A DNA stretch of 56,709 nt from Ignavibacteriaceae bacterium. GTDB taxonomy: Bacteria; Bacteroidota; Ignavibacteria; Ignavibacteriales; Ignavibacteriaceae. Below the pieces are notes generated by a model. The model searched no databases. It was given only the letters and a program-made list of their open reading frames with translations, and was not told the DNA's origin. The DNA is taken from the NCBI GenBank assembly GCA_046704565.1, contig JBJKRP010000148.1, positions 1-56,709 of the forward strand, in the 5' to 3' direction. The translations under genes were made by a program, and so were the position numbers. Shown in pieces: positions 10,476 to 21,343 of the stretch; within the stretch, counting starts at the first letter, position 1; the number at the start of each line of letters is the position of its first letter.

Positions 10476-13400
10476 TTGACGCCCGAAGAGCTCGATGATT
10501 TACTAAAGGAAGCTTACGAACATCTGAGGCAAGGCAGATACCGCATGGCGTTAACTGCCGCCAAACAAGTTTATGATGAGAGGCAGTACGATTACAACGC
10601 AGCCTCTTGTTTAGCTTGGGCGCTGCTGGAAAACGGTTATCCCTCCCAGGCGCTTGAGATGGCAAATCTTGCAGTGCAAATAAGCGGAGAAGACGTAAAC
10701 TCCAGGTTGTACCGCGGCTTTCTTTTAATGAGGATGAGCATTTTTGATGGTGCAATTTCGGACCTCGACTGGGCAATCAGGAAGAAGCCGGACCAGCTTG
10801 TTTGGGCACATCTAAATAAAGCAAGAGCACTGGGAGGATTGGAAAGATTCTTTGAAGGTCTTGAAGAAATTAATAAAGCAATCGAGATTGATAAAGGCGA
10901 AACACAAAAGCTATCAAAAATCAGGGACTGGTTTAGAAAAACTCTCGGATATGACGAAGGATTTTTCAGCGGAATCTTTTCAAAGAAAAGATCTTTAATG
11001 AAAGAAGGCGAAGAAGCTCTCGGCGATAAGGAAGCGTGGTTTTCTCTTTGGGTTGCAAGAGATACTCTTAACACACCTTCATTAAAGGATGAACATGAAG
11101 ATGCTCATTTATTGGAGCTGAAATCATTATTAGAAATGTTCCAGATCAAAAATGCTTTTCAGAAGGCTGAGTCTGTAAAGGCAATTTTGCAGGATGATGT
11201 TCGTTTTAAGGCTCTGTATGCTAAAATCCTTAAGCAGTACAGCGGCGAACCCTCAGAAATATTTGAGGAAGAATTAATTGAGCCAGTCCAAAAACGCACT
11301 GATGCCGAAATTTATGAAAACAAACTTTTTCACGTTTACCAGGTTAAAACTTACGACTTAATTGAAAACCTGAGAGCAGGAAAGAGAACTTATCTGTTAC
11401 AGTTCAGCGAAGAGACAATCCGTTATATAGGAGTTGAAATTGTTCTTGACAATCCATTTTCCGGGAACAAGAGCATTGATGTTGAAGGCACCGCAATCTG
11501 GTATTTGAACGAAGCCGAGGTAGGTCAGCATCATTTTACGCTTGGAATGGAGAAAGACTGGAAAGTTGTTGAGTTTGTTCAAAGCTGGGGAACCGAGAAG
11601 CCGGGCTTCTGGAAGGAAGGTCAAGGGAAGGTTGATATATATTTGGACAACTATCTCGTTTGCAGCCGCTGGTTCCTGGTAGGTCAATCAGAGATTTTTA
11701 ATTTCGAAGAAGCTCAGGTTCATCTTGATGAATCGGAGCCGCTTGAAAAGCCGGTTACAGAACAGCCTACCGAGGTGAGCTCATCTTCCTTAAAGCCGCA
11801 GGAAGAAAAATCCCTTGAAGAATTATTGGCTGAGTTAGATACTTACATCGGTCTGCAAGGCGTAAAACAATCGATGAGAGACTTTGTCGATTATTTAAAA
11901 TTTCTAAACGAAAGAAAAAAGCTTGGATTAAAGACGCAGGAAAGCTTCAGCGTTCATTCTGTATTCCTCGGTAATCCGGGAACCGGCAAGACATCAATTG
12001 CGCGTTTGCTTGGTAAAATTTTTAAGGCAATGGGGCTTCTTAAAAACGGACATGTTATTGAGGTCGACCGCTCCGGTATTGTTGGGCAGTACATCGGCGA
12101 GACGGCGCAGAAGACCAACAAGGTAATTGACGAGGCAATCGGCGGACTTCTATTCATAGATGAAGCTTACATGCTGAAGAAAGAGGGTAACGCCCAGGAT
12201 TTCGGTCAGGAGGCAATCGACATTTTACTGAAGCGAATGGAAGACGGCAAGAGTGAGTTTGCTGTTATTACCGCCGGTTACCCGGAGGAAATGAATTCAT
12301 TCATCAATTCAAATCCCGGACTGAAATCGCGCTTCAGCCATTTATTTAATTTTGATGATTACACGCCCGAAGAACTCGTGGAAATCTTTAAGCTCTTCGC
12401 GGACAGAGAAGAATACTCAGTGCATGAACAGGCATTAGAAGCCCTGAAAAAACAGTTCACCAATCTTTACAGGAAGAGAGACAAATCGTTCGGCAATGCA
12501 AGACTTGTTAGAAATTATTTCAACGAATCTAAAATCCATCTCAGCAAGCGCTATTTGAAGATACCCGAAAATGAGCGCAACAAAGAATCGATGACAACTA
12601 TTCTAAACGAAGATGTTCTTGCAATTATTCAAAGCGGAGGAATTAAAGATGCAAAGATTGGAATTGACGAAGAAGCTTTGACCAAGGCGTTAAACAAACT
12701 AAATAACCTAATCGGTATGGAGCCGGTAAAAAAAGAAATAAACGAGCTTGTGAAGCTGGCAAAATTTTATTCCGAGCAGGGCGAGAATCTTCACGACAAA
12801 TTTTCTTCACACATAATTTTTCTCGGGAACCCGGGAACCGGAAAGACGACGGTTGCCAGGCTCTTCAGCGAAATTTATTCTGCGCTCGGTATTCTACCAA
12901 AGGGACATCTTGTTGAAGTGGACCGGCAGGGCTTGGTTGCAAGCTTTGTCGGACAAACTGCGGAGAAGACAAAAGCAGCAATAGATAAGGCAATCGGCGG
13001 AACGTTGTTTATAGATGAAGCATACACTCTGATCAAATCGGGCGAAGGCAGCGGAGCGGATTTCGGCAAAGAAGCGCTTGATACTCTTCTTAAAAGAATG
13101 GAAGACGACAGGGGAAAATTTGTTGTAATTGCTGCGGGCTACACAAATGAAATGAACAGCTTCATCAACTCGAACCCGGGGCTTCAATCCCGCTTTACAA
13201 AAAGAATATTCTTTGAAGATTATTCACCGGAAGAACTGATGCAGATAACCGAAAATCTTTTTGAAAGCAAAGGACATATTCTTGACGAAGAAGCACGTGA
13301 GCCGTTAAGAAAATATTTCAACAAGATCTACCGCAGCCGCGATAAGACATTCGGAAATGCAAGGCTTGTTCGAGACCTGGTAGAAAGCACGTTGAAAAAC

Positions 13401-14357
13401 CAGATGCTTCGCGTTGCCGACATTCCGTCGGAAGAACGCCATGAGGAAGTACTAAAGTATATCCTTACTGAAGATGTAAGCAGTTTAATCGAACGCAAAA
13501 AGGAAAAGCAATCTGCAAAGATCGAAGGCGACCCGGAGCTTTTAAATAAATACTTATCTGAATTATCACAACTACCTGGTCTTGAATCTGTTAAAAAATC
13601 GGTTGAAAAACTTATAAGTAGCTTGAAGGTGGCAAAGCTCCGGAAACAGCGGGGGCTGAAAGTTATTCCCAAAAATTTAAATTCTGTTTTCACCGGAAAT
13701 CCGGGAACAGGTAAAACAACCGTTGCAAGATTGCTGAGCAAAATTTATAAGGAGCTTGGAATTATAGAAAAGGGGCACTTGATCGAAGTAGACCGCTCAA
13801 ATTTAGTTGCGGGCTACCAGGGGCAGACGGCATCAAAAACAAACGAAGTGATCAATAAATCACTCGGCGGTACTTTGTTTATCGACGAAGCCAATACCCT
13901 TATCCGCGGCATTTCGGATTTTGGTCAGGAGGCGGTTGATACACTTCTAAAAAGGATGGAAGATGATCACGGCAAGTTTGTGGTTATTGTTGCCGGCTAT
14001 ACTGATGAGATGAAAGATTTTCTAAATTCTAATCCGGGTGTTGAATTAAGATTTCCTAATATTTTTAATTTTGAAGATTACACTCCGCGGCAAATGCTGG
14101 AGATTGCAAATATTATAAGCGAAAAGAACGGCTACAAGCTTGATGAAGGCGCATGGCAGCTTCTCCTGGAAATCTTTACGGACTTATACGACAGGCGTGA
14201 TAAAAGCTTCGGTAATGCAAGGACGGTAAAAAATATTTTATATAAGGCAATAAGCAACCAGGAAGAAAGAATCCTTACCCTGCTTAACCCGGATGATAAT
14301 GACCTGATGACTATTTCATTCGAAGATGTGGATAAGATTGAGTTGAATGAAATTTGA
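10476..14357 (+). CDS. TPR-repeat protein with three tandem CbbX/SpoVK-type AAA+ ATPase modules
   Basis: TTG start after a GTGGAGA RBS, with N-terminal TPR-like repeats. There are three Walker A motifs GNPGTGKT, at nt 11970, 12825 and 13695. Each is followed by GG(L/T)LFIDEA (Walker B), LLKRMED, (I/V)xAGY, NSNPGxxxRF and FGNAR. Confidence 0.8.
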   Translation: MTPEELDDLLKEAYEHLRQGRYRMALTAAKQVYDERQYDYNAASCLAWALLENGYPSQALEMANLAVQISGEDVNSRLYRGFLLMRMSIFDGAISDLDWAIRKKPDQLVWAHLNKARALGGLERFFEGLEEINKAIEIDKGETQKLSKIRDWFRKTLGYDEGFFSGIFSKKRSLMKEGEEALGDKEAWFSLWVARDTLNTPSLKDEHEDAHLLELKSLLEMFQIKNAFQKAESVKAILQDDVRFKALYAKILKQYSGEPSEIFEEELIEPVQKRTDAEIYENKLFHVYQVKTYDLIENLRAGKRTYLLQFSEETIRYIGVEIVLDNPFSGNKSIDVEGTAIWYLNEAEVGQHHFTLGMEKDWKVVEFVQSWGTEKPGFWKEGQGKVDIYLDNYLVCSRWFLVGQSEIFNFEEAQVHLDESEPLEKPVTEQPTEVSSSSLKPQEEKSLEELLAELDTYIGLQGVKQSMRDFVDYLKFLNERKKLGLKTQESFSVHSVFLGNPGTGKTSIARLLGKIFKAMGLLKNGHVIEVDRSGIVGQYIGETAQKTNKVIDEAIGGLLFIDEAYMLKKEGNAQDFGQEAIDILLKRMEDGKSEFAVITAGYPEEMNSFINSNPGLKSRFSHLFNFDDYTPEELVEIFKLFADREEYSVHEQALEALKKQFTNLYRKRDKSFGNARLVRNYFNESKIHLSKRYLKIPENERNKESMTTILNEDVLAIIQSGGIKDAKIGIDEEALTKALNKLNNLIGMEPVKKEINELVKLAKFYSEQGENLHDKFSSHIIFLGNPGTGKTTVARLFSEIYSALGILPKGHLVEVDRQGLVASFVGQTAEKTKAAIDKAIGGTLFIDEAYTLIKSGEGSGADFGKEALDTLLKRMEDDRGKFVVIAAGYTNEMNSFINSNPGLQSRFTKRIFFEDYSPEELMQITENLFESKGHILDEEAREPLRKYFNKIYRSRDKTFGNARLVRDLVESTLKNQMLRVADIPSEERHEEVLKYILTEDVSSLIERKKEKQSAKIEGDPELLNKYLSELSQLPGLESVKKSVEKLISSLKVAKLRKQRGLKVIPKNLNSVFTGNPGTGKTTVARLLSKIYKELGIIEKGHLIEVDRSNLVAGYQGQTASKTNEVINKSLGGTLFIDEANTLIRGISDFGQEAVDTLLKRMEDDHGKFVVIVAGYTDEMKDFLNSNPGVELRFPNIFNFEDYTPRQMLEIANIISEKNGYKLDEGAWQLLLEIFTDLYDRRDKSFGNARTVKNILYKAISNQEERILTLLNPDDNDLMTISFEDVDKIELNEI

Positions 14358-14369
14358 GCTCACAGTCCG

Positions 14370-16409
14370 CTATTCACCAAGCTTCTTCAGCACCATTCCC
14401 GTTGAAGGCTGCAATTCAACTTTAGTTGAAACTTCGGTTAAAGGCTTTATCCCCGCTTCGTTTTGATTGACCAGAACTTCCCAATCCCCTTCAGGTAAAA
14501 TAAAGCTCTCAGGTTTTTCTCTATTCGCATTTAACAAGACGACAAAGTGTTCGTCCTTATAATCAAGCCGGTAGCCGAGTGCAAATGTGGTATCATTTGT
14601 ATCAAAAAACCTGATGTCGTTATATTCGGCTCTCCGGAATACAGCATACTTTTTACGCAAGGCAATCAATCCTTTATAATAATCTACAAGCTCCGAGTTT
14701 ATTTCTGCGTGTTTATAGTTGATGTAATTTACCGCGTTGTCTTTATTGTAGCTGTTGTCGTCAATCTTTCCGTTATTTGCATCCGGAACCGTTTCATCGT
14801 AAGGAATTATTTTTGCCCTTGCAAACTCAGCCCCTTCCTGCATCATTGTTATTCCTTGCGATGTAAAAAGGAACAGTGCACCAAGCTTATTTAACTTCAT
14901 CTCCGGCAGCGTAAGTTTTACAAATGAATCCACGTCCTTTATTACTTCGTCCTGTTTTGCGGCGCCTGTTCCCAAACGAATAAAATCACCAAGTGTACAG
15001 CCGTCATGCGATGCAAGATAGTTTACGGAGTGCTCTTTCTTCTGAAATAGCCCGGACAAATCTCTGATTAAAGTTCCTTTAACGTAGCTTTTGATTCTTT
15101 CAGGATTGTTGTTGCCGTACCAGCGTCCGAAAATCCATCCCTGTCCGTTAAAAGGATTTTCTCCCTTGATGCCGTTTCTTATTTGATCGTTCCAGCTTGC
15201 CCAGCCGCGCAGAGAAAATCCCGCAAGATCATATCCTCCGCCCCAGGGTTCGGCAATTAAAACTACTTTTGGATTTATCTTTTTTGCTTCGTGAGTAATC
15301 TCTTCAACAGTCTGCCAATCGATTAATTTTGCAAGGTCAAATCGGAAACCGTCTACATGGTATTCTTTCATCCAGTAAAGAACGCTTTCAACAATCATCC
15401 GCCGCACCATCGAACGCTCTGTTTTTAAATCGTTGCCGCAGCCGCTCTGCGAGATGTAATTGCCGTGTCTATCCAGACGGAAATAATAATCTCTGTCAAT
15501 CTCCTTCAGGTTACCAAGTTCGTATTCGGAAAGATGGTTGTAAACAACGTCCATAATAACGCCGATACCTTCTTTATGGAAGGCTTTAACCATATCCTTA
15601 AATTCATTTATTTGTTTACCGGAAGTTCCTTCCCACTTATTCCATTCAAGCTTGCTGCCGCAGTAATAAGATTCAGGTGCAAAGAAAGCGGCAGTCATAT
15701 ATCCCCAATGGTTTCGCTCATAAGGATTCCAGGTATTGAATTTTCCTTTTAACGAATCTTCAAAAGGAAGCTCTATGTTTGCAAACTCCTGTGAGGGAAG
15801 CAGTTCAACGGTATTAACGCCAAGAGATTTTATGTAATCAATCCCGCCCTTTATTCCATGCTGAATTAGTCCTTTATAAGTACCCGGTTTGCTTGCGCCG
15901 GAAGATGGGTCAGCAGTCATATCCCGGATATGCATTTCATAGATAATTAAGTCCCGCCAATCTCTCTGTATCCACCTGTCGCCGTTCCAGTTGTAGTTAT
16001 CATCTTTAACTACAATTGCACGGCGCGGAGTAAAGTAAGTATTGTAAGAGGCAACGGCTTTCGCGTAAGGGTCAAGACAAATTATGTTTTTTGTTGAAGG
16101 ATGTTTCGGGTTAAAAACCTTGAAGCCGTAAAACAATCCGTAATGCTCACCTTCGACTGATGCTTCCCAAACACCTTCACCGTCTTGCTGCATCGGATAT
16201 TCTGTTCCGGTTTTATCTTCGGGATTATTAAAGGTTACAAGTACAACGCTCTCGGCACCGGGAGTAAATAGCCTGAAAAATGTCTTTCCGTTCTCGATAA
16301 AAGATCCAAGCCTTTTTGATGAATAATATTTATCAATATCTTTTTTACCGGTAACGAAGTCCGGATTTGCCGCTGTCTGATGGGATTTACTTTTGTCGCT
16401 AACGAACAA
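14370..16409 (-). CDS. GH13 pullulanase-type alpha-glucan debranching enzyme
   Basis: GH13 conserved regions VIMDVVYNH, DGFRFDLA, IAEPWGG and YLASHD, plus an N-terminal CBM48-like segment. The start is TTG as in the ORF track. Confidence 0.8.
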   Translation of the reverse strand: MFVSDKSKSHQTAANPDFVTGKKDIDKYYSSKRLGSFIENGKTFFRLFTPGAESVVLVTFNNPEDKTGTEYPMQQDGEGVWEASVEGEHYGLFYGFKVFNPKHPSTKNIICLDPYAKAVASYNTYFTPRRAIVVKDDNYNWNGDRWIQRDWRDLIIYEMHIRDMTADPSSGASKPGTYKGLIQHGIKGGIDYIKSLGVNTVELLPSQEFANIELPFEDSLKGKFNTWNPYERNHWGYMTAAFFAPESYYCGSKLEWNKWEGTSGKQINEFKDMVKAFHKEGIGVIMDVVYNHLSEYELGNLKEIDRDYYFRLDRHGNYISQSGCGNDLKTERSMVRRMIVESVLYWMKEYHVDGFRFDLAKLIDWQTVEEITHEAKKINPKVVLIAEPWGGGYDLAGFSLRGWASWNDQIRNGIKGENPFNGQGWIFGRWYGNNNPERIKSYVKGTLIRDLSGLFQKKEHSVNYLASHDGCTLGDFIRLGTGAAKQDEVIKDVDSFVKLTLPEMKLNKLGALFLFTSQGITMMQEGAEFARAKIIPYDETVPDANNGKIDDNSYNKDNAVNYINYKHAEINSELVDYYKGLIALRKKYAVFRRAEYNDIRFFDTNDTTFALGYRLDYKDEHFVVLLNANREKPESFILPEGDWEVLVNQNEAGIKPLTEVSTKVELQPSTGMVLKKLGE

Positions 16410-16584
16410 ATTAGAGCCTTTCAGAATATTTATTTATAAAGTAAAAACTAAAATCGTAAAAATTGTTTTAATATATTTTATTTCCCGTGACTATGTTAAT
16501 AATCGTCGGAAAATAGGTAGGAGTTTAACATTTATCTCCTGCTGAAATTTAAAATCAGTTTACAGAAACACTTATAGTATGATC

Positions 16585-16917
16585 TCATTTACCGGCAATA
16601 ATTTTTCCGTCGACGACCGGCGTAACGCATATTATCGGATTCTGCGGCACCTTAAAGTTCTCAAAAATCTCCTCGAACAACTGGTACTGCATCCCCTGGC
16701 TTTCTAGCCTTGAGAACTTGGGATATTTCATAAATTTTCCCCGCTTGTTTTTAGGTGCACTAAAACGGTAGGATTTCTGAAAATCATCAACCGCTTTGCT
16801 TTTCAAAAATTTTATTTTGTTATCGTCTCCGCCTTCAATCTCATATGCAATTGCACGGAACTCGACGACATAACCTTCATTTATTATAAGATAGATATTC
16901 AGAATTATTTCATTCAT
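16585..16917 (-). CDS. Hypothetical protein
   Basis: 110-aa ORF that starts 5 nt after the stop of the upstream membrane-protein gene. No recognisable motif. Confidence 0.4.
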   Translation of the reverse strand: MNEIILNIYLIINEGYVVEFRAIAYEIEGGDDNKIKFLKSKAVDDFQKSYRFSAPKNKRGKFMKYPKFSRLESQGMQYQLFEEIFENFKVPQNPIICVTPVVDGKIIAGK

Positions 16918-16921
16918 AGAC

Positions 16922-17587
16922 TTACTTATTATTTACAAGAGCAAAATATGCCAGGCAGATTGCATATACAAATGCAAACTTGCATGTGATGCTTTCAATT
17001 ATCCCCAGCAATTGACCGCTGCCTGAAGCCCACAAAGCAAATGCAGCAATTACCGGGAGCGAAGTAAATAACAGACCCGACAGTAGTGTTTTTAAAAGTT
17101 TAACCCGAACCGCATCTGTCTGTCCGTTAATTTCAATTACGATCGAAATAATTGAAGCAGCAATCGGTGCGTAATAAAAGAAAGCATACCAGCCGCCTAA
17201 CGGGTAGTTGTAGGAGGCGTCAAGAACCGAACATGCGGTGACGGCAAATTTATCAATAACCAAGAAGTAATAAACAACAAATACAATTGCGGGGAGAAAT
17301 ATCATCTTTAGCAGCTTATTCCTGTAACCGGAATAATGAAAGATAAAATAAAAGTTCAACGGCGGCAGGAAAGAAATATCCGCAAAGGCAAGATAAGCCA
17401 TAAATGAATATCGTAATCTTAAAGTGCATATCATAAATTCAAGTGACTGGTAAACCGTGAGCAGCGCAATTAGAACGAATGCCATAACATTGTCTCCATT
17501 CTTCCGTGCAAAGATGAGCAAATTAATAAGAAGAATAAATTCCAGGCACGCAAGCAGAAGTGAAAGAAGACCGTCCCAATTAATCAT
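16922..17587 (-). CDS. Hypothetical polytopic membrane protein (6-7 TM)
   Basis: Continuous hydrophobic helices. No recognisable motif. Confidence 0.5.
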   Translation of the reverse strand: MINWDGLLSLLLACLEFILLINLLIFARKNGDNVMAFVLIALLTVYQSLEFMICTLRLRYSFMAYLAFADISFLPPLNFYFIFHYSGYRNKLLKMIFLPAIVFVVYYFLVIDKFAVTACSVLDASYNYPLGGWYAFFYYAPIAASIISIVIEINGQTDAVRVKLLKTLLSGLLFTSLPVIAAFALWASGSGQLLGIIESITCKFAFVYAICLAYFALVNNK

Positions 17588-17814
17588 AATTCACCTTTTA
17601 TTTTTTTAAATTGACCGCATCTCCGAAAAGATTAGAAACTTCCTGTATTCCGTCAGAAATCATATTTTGGGATTCCAGGATTTATTTAATTCCGATCCTG
17701 AAGCGCAATGGCGTACCCGTCCTTAACAGCCAGGTACACCATTGATTAGTTACATATTTCTAAAAGTCATTAGCAGCACTGCCTGAATTTAATCGAGAAA
17801 AAAACTTCTCTGGC

Positions 17815-19215
17815 TTATGTCTTTGGTCCAATCATTTTTTCAGGGCGAACTACTTCATCAAACTTTTCTGCCGTGAGCAAATTCAATTCGACTGCTGCCT
17901 GCTTTAAGGTTTTATTTTCCTTGTGTGCCTTTTTCGCAACCTTTGCCGCATTATCATAACCGATATGAGGGTTAAGCGCAGTAACAAGCATCAGCGAGTT
18001 CTCAAGGTTCTTCTTTATGTTTGCCTCGTTCGCCTTAATTCCAACAACGCAGTTGTCCGTAAAGCTTTCACATGCGTCTGCCAGAAGCCTCATTGACTGC
18101 AGTACATTAAAAATTATTACAGGTTTAAAAACGTTAAGCTCAAAGTTCCCGCTTGCGCCGGCAAAAGTCACTGTTGTGTCGTTACCGAAAACCTGCACGC
18201 ATACCATCGTCATTGCTTCTGATTGGGTAGGATTTACTTTACCCGGCATAATCGAACTTCCGGGCTCATTTTCGGGAAGAAGCAACTCACCTATTCCTGA
18301 GCGGGGACCGGAACCAAGCCAGCGAATATCGTTCGCAATCTTCATCAATGAAGCAGCAAGAGTCTTTAGTACTCCGCTTGTTTCTACAAGAGAATCGTGA
18401 GTCGCAAGCGCTTCAAATTTATTTCTCGACGAGACGAAAGGCTTGCCCGTAAGCTCGGCAATTTTCTTTGCGGCTTTAACTGCGAACTCAGGATGAGTGT
18501 TTAAGCCGGTACCAACTGCCGTTCCGCCGAGGGCAAGTTCGTAAAGATGAGGGAGGCAGCCATTAATTCTTTCAAGTCCGTTCGTCAATTGCTGAACATA
18601 CCCGGAAAACTCCTGTCCAAGCGTAAGAGGCGTTGCATCCATTAAATGGGTTCTGCCGATCTTAATAATATTTTTAAACTCTTCTGATTTTTTTGCCAAA
18701 GCGTCGCGTAGCTTTGTCACCATCGGAATTAAGCGGCGGTGAATTTCTTCAACCGCGGCAATGTGCATTGCAGTGGGAAAGGTATCGTTGGAAGACTGCG
18801 CTTTGTTTACATCGTCATTTGGATGAATAGGCTTTTTGCTTCCTAACTGTCCGCCCGCAAGTTCAATCGCACGGTTCGAAATAACTTCATTGGCATTCAT
18901 GTTTGTTTGAGTTCCGCTACCGGTTTGCCATACAACAAGAGGAAAATGTTCGTCAAGCTTTCCTTCAATTACCTCGTCGGCAGCTTTGATAATTAAATCG
19001 GCTTTATCCGGCGGTAAGAGTCCAAGTTCTTTATTTGTTATTGCAGCAGCTTTTTTTAAGGTACCGAGCGCCCTTATTATTTCCCGAGGGAATCTTTCTC
19101 CGCCAATTTTAAAGTTCATTAAAGAACGTGCGGTCTGTGCGCCGTAGTATCTATCGGTTGGGACTTTAATCTCGCCCATACTGTCGGTTTCAACTCTGTA
19201 TTCCATGCTTTTCAC
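17815..19215 (-). CDS. fumC: Class II fumarate hydratase
   Basis: 466 aa with the signature [16 protein letters not shown]. The PTQ supports fumarase rather than aspartase. [11 protein letters not shown] motif is also present. Confidence 0.93.
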   Translation of the reverse strand: MKSMEYRVETDSMGEIKVPTDRYYGAQTARSLMNFKIGGERFPREIIRALGTLKKAAAITNKELGLLPPDKADLIIKAADEVIEGKLDEHFPLVVWQTGSGTQTNMNANEVISNRAIELAGGQLGSKKPIHPNDDVNKAQSSNDTFPTAMHIAAVEEIHRRLIPMVTKLRDALAKKSEEFKNIIKIGRTHLMDATPLTLGQEFSGYVQQLTNGLERINGCLPHLYELALGGTAVGTGLNTHPEFAVKAAKKIAELTGKPFVSSRNKFEALATHDSLVETSGVLKTLAASLMKIANDIRWLGSGPRSGIGELLLPENEPGSSIMPGKVNPTQSEAMTMVCVQVFGNDTTVTFAGASGNFELNVFKPVIIFNVLQSMRLLADACESFTDNCVVGIKANEANIKKNLENSLMLVTALNPHIGYDNAAKVAKKAHKENKTLKQAAVELNLLTAEKFDEVVRPEKMIGPKT

Positions 19216-19696
19216 CTTTAGAGTTTTGTTGATTTACATCGGTAATGAATCTAATTACCAAAGTCTGAAAAATGTTTTATGAAATTTACAAAAATTTTTT
19301 AGACTATAAATCGAAAAATAAATATTGTATCCGAAAAATTGTCTGGCATGGAACCGTGATTAAATTTAAAATGCATACAGCTCTTAAATTCCCGAAATGA
19401 AACCAAGCAACTTTACAATTTTAATTTTCCCAAATCATCTGCTCTCGCCTCTCATATCTAATTCAGAGGCGGCTTTGCCTTAACCCAACGGCGAAATGTT
19501 TCCAATCACAGCAGAAAATTTCTAACTGATATATTTATACAAATGTTTTTGAAACGATTTTCTCTTGTTAATGTATAAGATAGTAACCGTTTGCTTTATA
19601 AATTTGTTACACGGAAAATCATTTGCGGGAATATTTGTTGAACTTCCCCAATATTCAATTTATAGAATGTCGCACCGACGTTAGGAAGAAAGTATA

Positions 19697-20428
19697 ATGC
19701 TCGTTAAAGGTCCTTTTGAGAAGGCAAAATTATATATAGAATCACATCCTAAAATATCCGATACTTCTGCGGCTAAAAAGAAAGAATCATGCGGCGGACC
19801 ATGCATTACAATCTCGCGCGAAACAGGAGCTCATGCCGATATAATAAGCGAAAGGCTCGTGGGCTTTTTTCAAAGATATAATTTGGCGAATCAAATGCCA
19901 TGGGTAGTGTTCGATAAAAATTTAATTGAAAAAGTAATACAGGATCATCATCTGCCTCAGAGCTTAAGCAGGCTTATGGGAGAGGAGAAATATTCCGCCG
20001 TTAAATCTATAATGATTGAACTTCTCGGAGGACAGCCTCCCATTTTTACCCTCGTTCATAAGACTACGGAAACGATCCTTCAATTAGCTCAAATTGGAAA
20101 CGTTATTATACTTGATAGAGCCGCTAATATTATCACTTCAAAACTGAGTAATACGTTTCACGTAAGGCTCGTATCGCCCATAGAGTACAGGATAGAACAT
20201 GTAAGGGAGCTTTTTAATTATTCCCGTTCGGAAGCTATTGATTTTATTAAGCATGAAGATCACGATAGGAAGGATTTCGTGCAGACATATTTCCATAGGG
20301 ATATTAATGACCCGCACCTTTATCATCTCACAATAAATTCATTTATAATTTCAGATGACGAAGCTGTTGAGATGATAGGCAGCGCAGTTGTTCAAAAATT
20401 TCCGGAAGTGTTCGAGCTGGGAGACTAA
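19697..20428 (+). CDS. Cytidylate-kinase-like family protein (degenerate P-loop)
   Basis: The N-terminal ITISRETGAHAD resembles the ITISRxxGSGG start of the cytidylate-kinase-like family. This is a weak assignment. Confidence 0.35.
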   Translation: MLVKGPFEKAKLYIESHPKISDTSAAKKKESCGGPCITISRETGAHADIISERLVGFFQRYNLANQMPWVVFDKNLIEKVIQDHHLPQSLSRLMGEEKYSAVKSIMIELLGGQPPIFTLVHKTTETILQLAQIGNVIILDRAANIITSKLSNTFHVRLVSPIEYRIEHVRELFNYSRSEAIDFIKHEDHDRKDFVQTYFHRDINDPHLYHLTINSFIISDDEAVEMIGSAVVQKFPEVFELGD

Positions 20429-20678
20429 AGGATTTTTATTAAAAACTAATACCGCACATTTGCTGCAAGCTGCATAATTTCTTCCTTGCTAAGATTTGCA
20501 GTTGATGCTAACTTTGCATAGTTGAAATGTTTCTCATATTCTTTATAACAAACCGTAAGTTTTTATATATTTAGGATCATAAGTATTTAAAAAACTTTAA
20601 TTTGTCCGATAATATTACAGTAAGATTTTTTTGATTGTAAGTAATAAATTTACTAATCTATAATATGGAGAGGCTTTA

Positions 20679-21092
20679 ATGGAATTTACTCAACTAGACA
20701 GGAGTAACTACTTAAAGGGACTTTTAGTTGTCGCAAAGAAGGATAACCGTCTAACGGAACCCGAAAAAGTTATTCTCAAAGGGATAGCAAAAAAACTGGG
20801 CTTTGCTTCCGATTTTTATGAAGACACTATCCGCGGGCTTCTTGCAAACAAATATATTTCCGAAAGCCCCATAAAATTCTCCGACAGAAAAATAGCCGAA
20901 TCATTTGTAGTTGACGGACTTAATCTGGCGTTTGCGGATAATCTTCCAGCAGAACAAGAAATTGATTGGCTGCGTTCAACTGCCTTCGTAAATGAATTAA
21001 AACAGGATTGGTTTGACTTAAAGATGAAAAGTCTAAAAGAGGTAATGAAATCAAAACCGGACAGCGACATGGCTCTGTTTTCAATAATTTAA
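20679..21092 (+). CDS. TerB/DjlA-N-like small helical protein
   Basis: LKGLLVVAKKDNRLTEPEKVILKGIAKKLG resembles TerB-like repeat helices. Weak assignment. Confidence 0.3.
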   Translation: MEFTQLDRSNYLKGLLVVAKKDNRLTEPEKVILKGIAKKLGFASDFYEDTIRGLLANKYISESPIKFSDRKIAESFVVDGLNLAFADNLPAEQEIDWLRSTAFVNELKQDWFDLKMKSLKEVMKSKPDSDMALFSII

Positions 21093-21343
21093 CATCTCAA
21101 GCTTTTACCTTTTCTTTCTTTTTAATGAAAGAGACTTCCTTTTTTAAAGCACCTAACCTCTCCTCATATAGGGGTTCTTAAAAATTTCCTATAAGGATGG
21201 CTGATTCGTGCGATTGTATATTCAAATCACCTTACAGTTGTTGTTTAATTTTCATATCTCTAATTTTGACCACACAAACTTTAATAGTTTTAATACACTA
21301 AACAGGTTCAAAATAACCTCTAAAATTTTATCAAGGATAACAA

